Source of the DNA: Peptococcaceae bacterium UBA6096 | Lineage (GTDB): Bacteria > Bacillota > Peptococcia > DRI-13 > UBA5745 | Assembly (NCBI GenBank): GCA_002435905.1 | Contig: DIWW01000016.1 | Location: 72,389-136,388 of the forward strand | Length of the DNA stretch: 64,000 bases | Reading direction: 5' to 3' | Shown here: piece after piece, positions 1 through 8,672 of the stretch | How the letters are laid out: the number at the start of each line of letters is the position of its first letter | How positions within the stretch are numbered: the first letter of the stretch is position 1 | Notes under the pieces: generated by a model | The model's input: only the letters and a program-made list of their open reading frames with translations | What the model was told of the DNA's origin: nothing | Databases searched by the model: none | Translations under genes and position numbers: made by a program

Positions 1-370
1 AATAAGCTGCCGCAATGTCCAGGCCATAAATAAAACCTGTGCAGGCACAGTTGATGTCAAAAGCGGGACAACCGGCGCCGATCCTGCTTTGAACCATGCA
101 GGCCTGGGATGGTGTGATCAGGTCCCCCTGCATGGTGGGGCAAATGATCAGGTCCAAGGTGCCAGCGTCGATCTGGGCATCTTCCAGGGCTTTCATGGCT
201 GCCTGTGCAGCCAGGTCGGTCAGTGACTCTTCGGTAAGGATCCGTCTCTCCCGGATACCGGTGCGACTGGCGATCCAGGCATCATCGGTTTCCAGGAAAC
301 GGGTGAGTTCTTCGTTGGCAAACGCCCGGACCGGCATTGAACGGCCGGTACCTATGATTTTCAAGTCCAT
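1..370 (-). CDS. fabH: 3-oxoacyl-ACP synthase III (FabH), N-terminal part; the 3' end is outside the window
   Basis: Reverse-strand frame from ATG at 368-370 reads MDLKIIGTGRSMPVRAFANEELTRFLETDDAWIASRTGIRERRIL..., the typical FabH N-terminus. It is missing from the ORF track because it runs off the edge. Confidence 0.85.
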   Translation of the reverse strand, partial: MDLKIIGTGRSMPVRAFANEELTRFLETDDAWIASRTGIRERRILTEESLTDLAAQAAMKALEDAQIDAGTLDLIICPTMQGDLITPSQACMVQSRIGAGCPAFDINCACTGFIYGLDIAAAY

Positions 371-425
371 GGGTGTTCCTTTCCGGGGACCGCTGCGGCA
401 ATCTTCTGCCCATTCCCCGCTGTGA

Positions 426-908
426 TTATCGTATGGATTGTCGTCTTCCCATGATTTCGATTTTTCGGTTGAAAAAATGATTGAGGTTGCGCATGCCATT
501 CAGAAGAACCTTTTTTTCATCATCATCGATCATTTCGGCCACGGAGCGGACCATCTGCTCATGAAAATAGCGATGGGCCATATTGATACGCTTCCCTTGC
601 CTTGTGAGGACTACATGGATGACCCGGCCGTCCTTTTGGCTCCGCAGTTTTTGCACGTAGCCCTTCTTCACCATTTTGTTGATGGCTACGGTCACGGAGG
701 GCAGGGTGATTTCCAGCTTCTGGGCAATGTCGCTGATGGTCAGGCCCAGGTCGCCGCCTTTGCTGATGGCGTCCAGCATATGCAATTCGCTGATGCTCAG
801 ATCGATCTGGTCCTCCACGCTTCGGAGGATCAGCTCTTCTAATTTCATCACTGACCGGTAAACGCCGACCAGCAGAACGTCCAGCTCGGAAGAAAATTCA
901 TCCATCAT
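426..908 (-). CDS. MarR-family transcriptional regulator directly upstream of fabH (FabT-like position)
   Basis: Winged-helix pattern: ISELHMLDAISKGGDLGLTISDIAQKLEITLPSVTVAINKMVKKGYVQK...DGRV. I moved the start to MMDEF (903-908); the longer track ORF (to 992) adds a hydrophobic, non-MarR N-terminus. Confidence 0.8.
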   Translation of the reverse strand: MMDEFSSELDVLLVGVYRSVMKLEELILRSVEDQIDLSISELHMLDAISKGGDLGLTISDIAQKLEITLPSVTVAINKMVKKGYVQKLRSQKDGRVIHVVLTRQGKRINMAHRYFHEQMVRSVAEMIDDDEKKVLLNGMRNLNHFFNRKIEIMGRRQSIR

Positions 909-961
909 TTTTGTCACCCTGCATTCGTTTAAAATACTTAGATAAACTAACGAACTAAATA

Positions 962-1003
962 TACAAAGAAAACAGCCCGTTGTCAAGTCCATTCAACGGG
1001 CTG
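962..1003 (-). terminator. Rho-independent terminator ending the cbiA-cobD-cobQ operon
   Basis: Stem CAGCCCGTTG (973-982) pairs with CAACGGGCTG (994-1003). On the minus strand it is followed by TTTTCTTTGT, 29 nt after the cobQ stop. Confidence 0.6.
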
Positions 1004-1031
1004 CCCGGTCTTGCAGAATTCATTGGCTATA

Positions 1032-2576
1032 TTATGGAAGGTCGCTTCCCTCCAGGATCTGATAGATCCGCTTCATATCCAGACTGTCGCGAAGGGCCGA
1101 GGCCAGCAGATCATATTGTGATTCCTTGTGATCTTCCCAGTTTGTGGCCTCAGTGCAAGGCTCCAGTCCCTTCGCCTTCAACAGCGCATTGACTAAGCCG
1201 GCAGCGCTTGCCTCATGGTCAAAAATCCCGTGGATATACGTGCCGCAGAGGTTGCCGCAGGCCAGGCCTTCATGGATCGCTTGGCCTGCCTGGTCTTTGC
1301 CGCAGGTCAGGCAAGCAGGCATTTCCTGGGGCCGGCCTTTCTCCGTTTCGAATCGGGTTTGTCCCATGTGGATCTCATATCCTTTAAAGGGTACGCCCTG
1401 CAGCGAAGCAAAAATGCCTTGGGGATTTTCAAACCGGCCTTCCACCTGGGTACGGGTTTTCTCCTTTGAAAAAACCGTCCGGGTCTTCAGCAGTCCCAGG
1501 CCGGCCATGCTCCCCCCTTGCTCGACCCCCTCCGGATCCTCTAAAAGCTGTCCCAACATCTGGAAGCCACCGCAGATTCCCATAACGGCGCCTCCGGCGG
1601 CAGCGTGGCGGAGAATCGCTGTTTCCAAACCGTTTTGCCGGAGCCAACCCAGGTCCGCCATGGTGTTTTTGGTTCCGGGAAGGATGACCAGATCCGGCCG
1701 GCCCAATTCTGCTGCAGCTTCCACGTAGCGCAGGTTCACCTCCGACATCCGGCTCAAGGCATTGAAGTCGGTAAAATTTGCGATGCGCGGCAGGCGGATC
1801 ACCGCAATGTCCGCCAGACCATCCTGTGCGGATCCTTCAAAGCGGTCGGACAAACTGTCCTCATCATCCAGATCCAGCTTCAAATACGGCACAACACCCA
1901 GCACCGGTTTGTCCAGCAGCTTCTCCAGCATCTCAAGCCCGGGCCTGAGGATTTCCGGATCGCCTCGGAATTTGTTGATGACGGTCCCTTTGATTCGGGC
2001 TTGTTCCTCAGGCTCCAGCAACGTCACGGTTCCGTAAAGGGAGGCAAAGACCCCGCCCCGGTCGATATCCCCCACCAGGATCACGGGTGCATCGGCGATT
2101 TCAGCCATGCCCATGTTGGCGATGTCATCCTGCCTTAAATTGATTTCCGCCGGACTGCCGGCGCCTTCGATCACAATGATGTCGTACTCCGACGCCAGCG
2201 CTTGGTAAGAGGCCGCAACCAGGGGGATCAGTTCTTTTTTATGCTGCCCGTATTCATAAGCCGTCATATTGCCCATGACCTGGCCATTCACAATAACCTG
2301 TGAACCGGTTTCATTGACCGGCTTCAGAAGGACTGGGTTCATCCTCACCGACGGCAGGATCCCCGCCGCCTCCGCCTGGATCACCTGGCCCCGGGCCATT
2401 TCCAGGCCTTCTGCGGTGATAAAGGAATTCAGGGACATATTCTGGGCTTTGAAGGGCGCCACCTTGTAGCCATCCTGCCGGAAAACCCGGCACAAACCGG
2501 CGGTCAGCAAGGTTTTGCCGGCGTTGGAGGTGGTTCCCATGACCATGATGACGTTTGCTTTTTTTTCTTGCTTCAT
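1032..2576 (-). CDS. cobQ: Cobyric acid synthase (CobQ/CbiP)
   Basis: MKQEKKANVIMVMGTTSNAGKTLLTAGLCRVFRQDGYKVAPFKAQNMSLNS..., plus a C-terminal glutamine amidotransferase part (GICGGFQMLG). The start ATG at 2574-2576 forms an ATGA overlap with the cobD stop, and GGAGG lies upstream. Confidence 0.92.
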   Translation of the reverse strand: MKQEKKANVIMVMGTTSNAGKTLLTAGLCRVFRQDGYKVAPFKAQNMSLNSFITAEGLEMARGQVIQAEAAGILPSVRMNPVLLKPVNETGSQVIVNGQVMGNMTAYEYGQHKKELIPLVAASYQALASEYDIIVIEGAGSPAEINLRQDDIANMGMAEIADAPVILVGDIDRGGVFASLYGTVTLLEPEEQARIKGTVINKFRGDPEILRPGLEMLEKLLDKPVLGVVPYLKLDLDDEDSLSDRFEGSAQDGLADIAVIRLPRIANFTDFNALSRMSEVNLRYVEAAAELGRPDLVILPGTKNTMADLGWLRQNGLETAILRHAAAGGAVMGICGGFQMLGQLLEDPEGVEQGGSMAGLGLLKTRTVFSKEKTRTQVEGRFENPQGIFASLQGVPFKGYEIHMGQTRFETEKGRPQEMPACLTCGKDQAGQAIHEGLACGNLCGTYIHGIFDHEASAAGLVNALLKAKGLEPCTEATNWEDHKESQYDLLASALRDSLDMKRIYQILEGSDLP

Positions 2577-3637
2577 TGCCCCGCCTCCACGCATCGGCTC
2601 AATGCTTCGATCAGCCGTTCATTGTCTTCATGCCGCCGGACCGCCACCCGAAAAAAGCTTTGGTCCAGCCCTTCATAATTGCCGCAGCCGCGGATCAAGA
2701 TTCCCTGAGACCTCAGCGCATCCCGCAGATCCTGTCCTTGGCTTGTGCGCAGCAAAAGATAATTGGCCGCGCCTTCACAAACCCATAAGCCCAGCCGACC
2801 CAAGGCGGCCAAGAGCCAATCCCGTTCCTCCGCGATGTAGGCCCGGGATTTTTCCAGAAAGCCATCTTCCTCCAAAGCGGCCAGACCAGCCGCCATGGCC
2901 GGCACGGAAACTGCCCAGGGGGGACCGCACAAAGCCATTCGGTCCAACAGCGCAGGATCGCCGCATAATCCATAACCCAGGCGCAGACCGGGTATGGCAA
3001 AGCCTTTGGTAAACGCCCGCAGCAAAAAAAGATTGGGCATTTCCAAGATCCGTTGGGTCAGGGGCTTTCCATCCCGGCACAGCTCCAGAAAACACTCGTC
3101 CACTGCGACAAAAATGTTGTTTTCACTGCATCGGTCCAGAATCTTGTCCATCAATGCCCCGTCGATCAGCCGGCCGCTGGGATTGTTAGGATTGCATAGC
3201 CAAAGCAGATCCAGATCTTCCGTAAGATGACCCAGGATTTCTTCGGTCAGGTCAAAGTCATTGGCCGCAGAAAGCCTGTGATGGACCACCTGGCAGCCGG
3301 TCATCTTCAGGGCTTCTTCATATTCTGAAAAGGTCGGCGCCAGAACCATCCCACGCTTTGGCTGCAGTGCCAGGGCCAAACGATAGATCAGGTCTGCAGC
3401 GCCGTTGCCGCAAAGAACGTGCCCGGGCAACAGGCCTTCCTTTCGGGCGATGGCCAGTCGCAGCTTCCGGCATAGGGGATCCGGATACTGTTCAGCGTCA
3501 AGGATGGCGTCCTGAGCCGCCCGGATGACTGCCGATGGCATCCCCAGGGGATTGATGTTGGCCGAAAAATCCAGAAGCTCTCCGGAATAATAGGCCTTTT
3601 CTGTTTCGATATCACCGCCGTGGCGATACTGGGTCAT
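2573..3637 (-). CDS. cobD: Threonine-phosphate decarboxylase (CobD; class I/II aminotransferase fold)
   Basis: The N-terminus YRHGGDI...LLDFSANINPLGMP and its position between cbiA and cobQ fit CobD. ATGA overlap with the cbiA stop. Confidence 0.82.
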   Translation of the reverse strand: MTQYRHGGDIETEKAYYSGELLDFSANINPLGMPSAVIRAAQDAILDAEQYPDPLCRKLRLAIARKEGLLPGHVLCGNGAADLIYRLALALQPKRGMVLAPTFSEYEEALKMTGCQVVHHRLSAANDFDLTEEILGHLTEDLDLLWLCNPNNPSGRLIDGALMDKILDRCSENNIFVAVDECFLELCRDGKPLTQRILEMPNLFLLRAFTKGFAIPGLRLGYGLCGDPALLDRMALCGPPWAVSVPAMAAGLAALEEDGFLEKSRAYIAEERDWLLAALGRLGLWVCEGAANYLLLRTSQGQDLRDALRSQGILIRGCGNYEGLDQSFFRVAVRRHEDNERLIEALSRCVEAGQ

Positions 3638-5025
3638 GATAGGACCTCCCTTTTTTCAAACCTTTGACCGAAGCGGGCACAGGCTCTGACGAAATTGGCC
3701 GCAGCCTCCGGCGCGCCGCACAAATAGAGATGGGGAAAACCGGCATACAAGGTTTGGCTGCTGTGGACGCACCCCCATGCGCCGGGTCGCTCCGGCTTTT
3801 CCGCCATGAAACCTTGGCCGTTGTTTTCGCTCTCCCAATAGTGGAATTCATGAACATTCATTTGACTGCCCTGCGGGCAGAGCATATCATCCCTTTGCGC
3901 TGTCAGCGTCATATAGCCGAAGCGCTGCAAACGATCTGTCCGGTGGGCATCGGCGGGGATCACACCGGCCATGGGATACATTTTGCCATCGCTTCCTTCT
4001 AGTTTTTCGTGAAGATAGAGAAAGCCGCCGCATTCGGCGATGCAGGGCATGCCTTTTTGAATAGCCTGGCGTATCGACTGACGCATGGCCGCGTTTTCTG
4101 AAAGCCCCTGGGTATAGATCTCCGGATAGCCGCCGCCCAGCAAGATCCCTGTGCAATTGTCCGGAAGCCCGGCATCCTTCAGCGGCGAGAACATCGCCAG
4201 CCTGGCGCCCAGCTTTTCAAGCAAGGTCAAGGTATCCGCATAATAAAAGCTAAAAGCCAAGTCCTTCGCCACGGCGATGACCGGCTTCCCCGGAACCGGA
4301 TCCGGCAGATTTATGGGCTCATAACGCAAGGGTGGCGCCTGACAGGCTATGTCCATCATACGATCGACATCCAGGGTCTTTTCCGCCTGTCCGGCCAGAT
4401 GCACCATTTTATCCTTCAGATCGCTGATTTCTGCAGCCGTAACCAGTCCTAAATGCCGGCTCTCCACAGCGCATTGGGGCATGGGCGGCATATAGCCCAG
4501 AACCGGAAGCCCCGTTTCTTTTTCAATTCCCTCTTTCAACAGGCTGTAATAGCTTGCCGTGGTCTGGTTCAGGATCACACCCTTGAGGTTGCTGTCATTC
4601 CGCAAAACCTGGATACCCCGTATCTCTGCGGCCAATGAAAGTTCCTGCATATTTCCCTGAACGACCAGGATCACCGGTGAATCGGTGCAGCGTGCTAAGG
4701 CATAACTGCTGGCTTCTCCGCTCATGGCAATGCCGTCATAGTAGCCCATGGCGCCTTCGATCACCGCCAGGCTTGAGGCTGCGGCATTTTCCCAGAGCAG
4801 ATTCCGGGCCAGCCTTTCGGACCCTAAGAAAAGATCCAGGTTCCGTGACTTGACGCCCATCAACGCACTATGAAACATGGGGTCGATATAGTCAGGCCCG
4901 CTTTTGAAAGCAGCAGGCTCCAAACCCCGCTGAATCAGCGCTTGCAATAAGGCACAGGTCACCGTGGTCTTCCCATGGCTGCTGGCGGGGGCAGTGATGA
5001 GCAATCGAGGTAAATTTTTGTACAT
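3634..5025 (-). CDS. cbiA: Cobyrinic acid a,c-diamide synthase (CbiA/CobB)
   Basis: LLITAPASSHGKTTVTCALLQALIQRGLEPAAFKSGPDYIDPMFH... with a C-terminal GATase (AECGGFLYL). First gene after the B12 riboswitch. Confidence 0.9.
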   Translation of the reverse strand: MYKNLPRLLITAPASSHGKTTVTCALLQALIQRGLEPAAFKSGPDYIDPMFHSALMGVKSRNLDLFLGSERLARNLLWENAAASSLAVIEGAMGYYDGIAMSGEASSYALARCTDSPVILVVQGNMQELSLAAEIRGIQVLRNDSNLKGVILNQTTASYYSLLKEGIEKETGLPVLGYMPPMPQCAVESRHLGLVTAAEISDLKDKMVHLAGQAEKTLDVDRMMDIACQAPPLRYEPINLPDPVPGKPVIAVAKDLAFSFYYADTLTLLEKLGARLAMFSPLKDAGLPDNCTGILLGGGYPEIYTQGLSENAAMRQSIRQAIQKGMPCIAECGGFLYLHEKLEGSDGKMYPMAGVIPADAHRTDRLQRFGYMTLTAQRDDMLCPQGSQMNVHEFHYWESENNGQGFMAEKPERPGAWGCVHSSQTLYAGFPHLYLCGAPEAAANFVRACARFGQRFEKREVLS

Positions 5026-5094
5026 AAGGACCCTCCCAAATTAAGATAAAGGTTCAAAATCCAGGCTCAAAGCGCATCGGCAGGGTTTTACCCA

Positions 5095-5412
5095 ATGAAA
5101 AAAAGCACCTGTCCGCAGGACAGGCGCTTTAACTTGCATCGATTGCATTTGTGCAGCCACAGGGGCAACACCCCTGGGGCCAATACCGGATACCCTCCTG
5201 CCCAGGGCTCGCGGGAATACACCAAACGGCAGGTCTCCTGACTTAAGAATCATCCTCAAAATCGCCTTCCCGGAATCATCCAGTGGCTGCACTAATCGCA
5301 GGGTTTTCGTTGGGTTTGGTATGAACGAAAACGCCGCGCCTCACGCCTGATTTCTTGTCCTCTAATACAGTAAAGGTCGCTGTGCAGGATTCTCACCTGC
5401 TTTCCTTTTCAT
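5095..5412 (-). promoter_or_regulatory. Cobalamin (B12) riboswitch with a terminator expression platform
   Basis: The minus strand carries AAGGAAAGCAGGTGAGAATCCTGCACAGCGACC (5' conserved core, 5375-5410), GCCACTG (complement of 5281-5287) and the B12 box AGTCAGGAGACCTGCC (complement of 5228-5244). A hairpin GCGCCTGTCC/GGACAGGTGC plus a T7 run (5098-5130) follows, just upstream of cbiA. Confidence 0.87.
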
Positions 5413-5470
5413 GGACAAAACGCTGCAATGCGACTTGTCCAACCGTTGGCTTATCAAGTTGTAGGATTAC

Positions 5471-5497
5471 ACTATACCAATTTGGGGGTGTTGTCAA
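5471..5497 (-). promoter_or_regulatory. Candidate sigma-A promoter for the riboswitch-cob operon
   Basis: Minus strand has TTGACA (5492-5497), a 15-nt spacer, then TGgTATAGT (extended -10; -10 at 5471-5476). The spacer is short, so this is tentative. Confidence 0.4.
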
Positions 5498-5505
5498 GGA
5501 GGGGG

Positions 5506-5639
5506 GGGGACGGTTCCTTTTTTGCGGCTGACGCACAGGAAGGGACAGAGCAATTCGATGCAATTCTCCCTTTTCCTCGGTATATCGCAGGATATTGCTC
5601 TGTCCCTTCGGTTACTGGCCGCAAAAAAGAACCGTCCCC
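5506..5639. repeat. Nested palindromic (double-stem) GC-rich element, 134 nt
   Basis: Outer arms: GGGGACGGTTCCTTTTTTGCGGC (5506-5528) and GCCGCAAAAAAGAACCGTCCCC (5618-5639), with one indel. Inner arms: GGGACAGAGCAAT (5542-5554) and ATTGCTCTGTCCC (5594-5606). A G9 run (5501-5509) precedes it. Confidence 0.75.
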
Positions 5640-5716
5640 AAAAAGAAAGGACAGAGCTTCAGCTCTGTCCGCCCGCGAAGCGTAAATTAAGGGGACAGAG
5701 CTTCAGCTCTGTCCCC
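5637..5716 (-). terminator. Two tandem hairpins after the TPM gene; the distal one has a T-run
   Basis: Hairpin GGGGACAGAGC-TTCA-GCTCTGTCCCC lies at 5691-5716, 5 nt after the stop. Hairpin GGACAGAGC-TTCA-GCTCTGTCC lies at 5649-5670 and is followed on the minus strand by TTTCTTTTT. Confidence 0.6.
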
Positions 5717-5721
5717 TTTCC

Positions 5722-6846
5722 TTAATGCCGTCCGGCGCCGCCGCCGCGGGTTCCGCCGCCACCGCCAAAGCCGCCTCGACCGCCGCCGCCTTTAAACCCT
5801 CCGCCAAAGCCACTGAAGCCTCCAAAGCCGCCGGAGGATCTGCGACCGGTGCCGCCGCCCCGTGTCTTACCGCCGCCGCCAGAACCGCCGCCACTGCGTG
5901 AACTGCCTCCGAAAATGCTGCCGCCGGTGCCGCTTCGAGGACTGCGGCTGCTTCGGGAGCCTCCGCTGCTCAGCCTGCCCAGGAGGAAAGGCCAAAACCA
6001 CCCGCCAAGCCCCCCTCCGGACGAACCGAAAGGCTTGGAATCATCATCATCATCCTCATCCTCTTTGGACCGGGCGGTCTCATCCCCGATTTTTCGATCC
6101 GACGCTGATTCCCGGGTTCTGCCCCAGATGGTGTCTGCCTTTCTCTGGTTTTTCTGCCGCTTCTTCGTCTGCCGGTTGAGGTAACTGAAGATAAAGATGA
6201 TCACCAAGGCGATCAGTAAAGCATTATCAAACTTCAAACCGCCGCTTTTCGGACTCTGCGGCTCCGGGGTGATATATTCTTCGGTGGATTGGCTGCCTGT
6301 TGAGCCGGTCTGCACCCCGTAGATGCCTTCCAGCTGATCGACCAAGGCCAGAAACGTCTTGCGTACGCCGTCATCATAATCGGCTTCTGCAAAATCGGGT
6401 TCCAAATACGTCTGGAGGATTCCGTCCAGGGTGCCGCTGCTCAAGGTTTTTTCCAATCCCTTGCCCTGGACTGCCCAGTAATTCTCTTCGCCGATCACCA
6501 GAAGCAGCAGGACCCCGTTGTTTTTCTCATCGTCTCCGATTTGCCATTCATTGAACATCCGAAAGGCATAGTCTTCGATTTCCGCGCCGTCCAGAAAATC
6601 CACGGTGGCTACCACGATCTGAGCACCCGTTGACTGATACAGCGCATCATTCCGGTCAATGATCAGGTCTTCGGTGTCCTGGCTCAACACATTGGCAAAA
6701 TCGGCCACATAATAAAGCTCCGACGATGCGGGAATATCGATGGCTCCGTAAGCCGGCAAAGCGGCAGCCAGAATAAGAAGCAGCACGCCAAGCCATGCAG
6801 CGGTTTTTTTAAGCAATGTTTTTTTGAAATGACGCTTTGTATCCAT
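5722..6846 (-). CDS. TPM-domain (YgcG-like) membrane protein with a Gly/Arg/Ser-rich C-terminal tail
   Basis: Signal/TM N-terminus, then YVADFANVLSQDTEDLI...GAQIVVATVDFL...NNGVLLLLVIGEENYWAVQ (TPM phosphatase-fold pattern), a TM helix (ALLIALVIIFIF) and a GGxGG/RGG tail. I moved the start to ATG 6846, with AAGGAGG 4 nt upstream. Confidence 0.8.
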   Translation of the reverse strand: MDTKRHFKKTLLKKTAAWLGVLLLILAAALPAYGAIDIPASSELYYVADFANVLSQDTEDLIIDRNDALYQSTGAQIVVATVDFLDGAEIEDYAFRMFNEWQIGDDEKNNGVLLLLVIGEENYWAVQGKGLEKTLSSGTLDGILQTYLEPDFAEADYDDGVRKTFLALVDQLEGIYGVQTGSTGSQSTEEYITPEPQSPKSGGLKFDNALLIALVIIFIFSYLNRQTKKRQKNQRKADTIWGRTRESASDRKIGDETARSKEDEDDDDDSKPFGSSGGGLGGWFWPFLLGRLSSGGSRSSRSPRSGTGGSIFGGSSRSGGGSGGGGKTRGGGTGRRSSGGFGGFSGFGGGFKGGGGRGGFGGGGGTRGGGAGRH

Positions 6847-6876
6847 GCAGCCTCCTTGCCTCAGTTTCACACAAAA

Positions 6877-7425
6877 TTATTGATAAAGTTCCATCGGGCC
6901 GATAAACACCAGCTTGCTCAGCACGCTGGCAGGAAAAGCCTCCAGCTTCTCATTGAACTCCGACGCGTATTGGTTGTAGGGATCGTGGCTGATGGTATCG
7001 TTTCTTGAATTGAATTCCGCATAAAGCTTATCCGGATAGGGCGCGTCCACCGCAGACAGGCTCCTTCCTTTTAACGCCTTATACAGGTCCGTTACCGCCA
7101 GGGATAAGGCTGCATTGGCCTCATATTTTGCCTTGGGGCTTTGGGCCTGCTCTAATTGTTCCCGAGTCCCTAAGACCTTGGTGAGCATAGGATCCTCGGC
7201 GGAAAGATACTTCCGGCCGATAGTCACCAGGTTATAGGCCAGATCCAGCCGTTCATTCAAATCGCTTTGAATGCCGATCCCATCACCGGCCTCACCCAAT
7301 TGAAACACCGCTTCCGCTTTTCCCTGGAGTTTTGACAATCCGCGGTGGGTGCCGGTCAAGGCCGAAAAAAGCATCAGCAGCACCATCACCAGGATCCCGA
7401 TATTTTTGCGATACAGCAGGTTCAT
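6877..7425 (-). CDS. LemA-like single-pass membrane protein
   Basis: N-terminal TM (IGILVMVLLMLFSALTG) and a helical body with DLNERLDLAYNLVTIGRKY. It sits directly upstream of a TPM gene, the canonical LemA-TPM pairing. Similarity judged by eye is only moderate. Confidence 0.5.
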   Translation of the reverse strand: MNLLYRKNIGILVMVLLMLFSALTGTHRGLSKLQGKAEAVFQLGEAGDGIGIQSDLNERLDLAYNLVTIGRKYLSAEDPMLTKVLGTREQLEQAQSPKAKYEANAALSLAVTDLYKALKGRSLSAVDAPYPDKLYAEFNSRNDTISHDPYNQYASEFNEKLEAFPASVLSKLVFIGPMELYQ

Positions 7426-7454
7426 AGAATCCCCCCTGTTTTATGCCTGTTGGT

Positions 7455-8648
7455 TCAGCCCCGGATATCCAGAAGCTTCTGTTTCAGCTCACCTTCGATA
7501 CGGCCCAGTTCCACTTCGGCCTGCCGCCGTTTTTGCCGGCCCTCTTCCTGGATCTTGACCACCTCGTCCAAGGTGGAGATCAAGTCTTGATTGGTTTGCT
7601 TCAGGGTCTCGATGTCCACAATGCCCCGTTCCGCTTCCTTGGCCGTCTCGATGGTCCCCATCTTGAGTTTCTTCGCATTTTCCTTAAGCAATTCATTGGT
7701 TACTTCGCTGACCTCCCGTTGGGCCTCCATGGCTTGCTGGGAGTGGGCAAGGCCCAATGCCAAAACCATCTGGCTCTTCCATAAGGGGATGGTGTTGACC
7801 AAACTGGATTGGATCTTCTCTGCCATCAAGGTGTCGTTGTTTTGGATCAGGCGGATCTGCGGGGACATCTGGATGGAAACGATCCGCGTCAGTTCCAGGT
7901 CATGGATCTTTTTCTCAAAACGATCGCATCGATTGGCTAGGTCGTTGGCGGCCTGGGCATCCTCCGGCAGCCCGCTGGTTTTCGCCTTGGCGGTCAATTC
8001 CGGCAGGATCGTGGCCCGGACCTCCTCCAATTTCTGCTTGCCGGCGATGATGTACATGGCCAGTTCCTTAAGGTAGATCAGGTTCATATCATACATTTTA
8101 TCCAGCATGGCGATGTCTTTCAGCAGTTGGATCTGATGGTTCTCCAGCACAGTGCTGATTTTTTCCACGTTGACTTCAGCCTCGTCGTATTTCGCTTTTA
8201 GCATGGACAATTTGTTGGTGGCCTTTTTAAAGAAGCTGAAAAAGCCTTTATCTTCTGCGTCCACATCGAAGCCTTTGAGTTCCACCACCAGTTCGGCGAT
8301 GGCGTCCCCCACTTCGCCCAGGTCCTTGGTCCGGACGCTGGTCAGGGCCGCCTCGGAGAAGCTGGCGATTTTCTTCTGTGCGCCCGCACCGTACTGCAGG
8401 ATCTGGTTGGCGTTTTGAACATCGATCTTATTGGCGAACTCCCGCACCATTTGTTGTTCCTGAGGCGACAATAATCTTTCATCCAGGATCACCGGTTCCA
8501 CTTCCGGCTTCATTTGCGGGGGAGCCGACGCCGCGGCGGCAGATCGGATCAAAGCCGTTTCGCTTTCCGGGTCCAGGGTCAGCGCCGGGATCTCGATCAC
8601 TTCATCAGGGTTCAAGGTCAACACATTGTCATCCTGGGAATTGCTCAT
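7455..8648 (-). CDS. Toxic anion resistance protein, TelA/YaaN family
   Basis: QILQYGAGAQKKIASFSEAALTSVRTKDLGEVGDAIAELVVELKGFD... plus a long coiled helical body typical of TelA. Start ATG 8646-8648, preceded by AAAAGGAGGG. Confidence 0.85.
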   Translation of the reverse strand: MSNSQDDNVLTLNPDEVIEIPALTLDPESETALIRSAAAASAPPQMKPEVEPVILDERLLSPQEQQMVREFANKIDVQNANQILQYGAGAQKKIASFSEAALTSVRTKDLGEVGDAIAELVVELKGFDVDAEDKGFFSFFKKATNKLSMLKAKYDEAEVNVEKISTVLENHQIQLLKDIAMLDKMYDMNLIYLKELAMYIIAGKQKLEEVRATILPELTAKAKTSGLPEDAQAANDLANRCDRFEKKIHDLELTRIVSIQMSPQIRLIQNNDTLMAEKIQSSLVNTIPLWKSQMVLALGLAHSQQAMEAQREVSEVTNELLKENAKKLKMGTIETAKEAERGIVDIETLKQTNQDLISTLDEVVKIQEEGRQKRRQAEVELGRIEGELKQKLLDIRG

Positions 8649-8672
8649 AAGGTTCACCCTCCTTTTCACATT

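Noticed and set aside
5041-5292. An 83-aa minus-strand ORF between cbiA and the TPM gene.
   Set aside because: It is fully contained in the cobalamin riboswitch, covering the B12 box, the GCCACTG motif and the terminator hairpin. The RNA element explains the sequence better than a peptide does.
5722-6000. Highly repetitive GGN/CCG-rich DNA that could be mistaken for a tandem repeat or CRISPR-like array.
   Set aside because: It is in frame with the TPM-domain gene and encodes its Gly/Ser/Arg-rich tail. There are no regularly spaced identical repeats or spacers.
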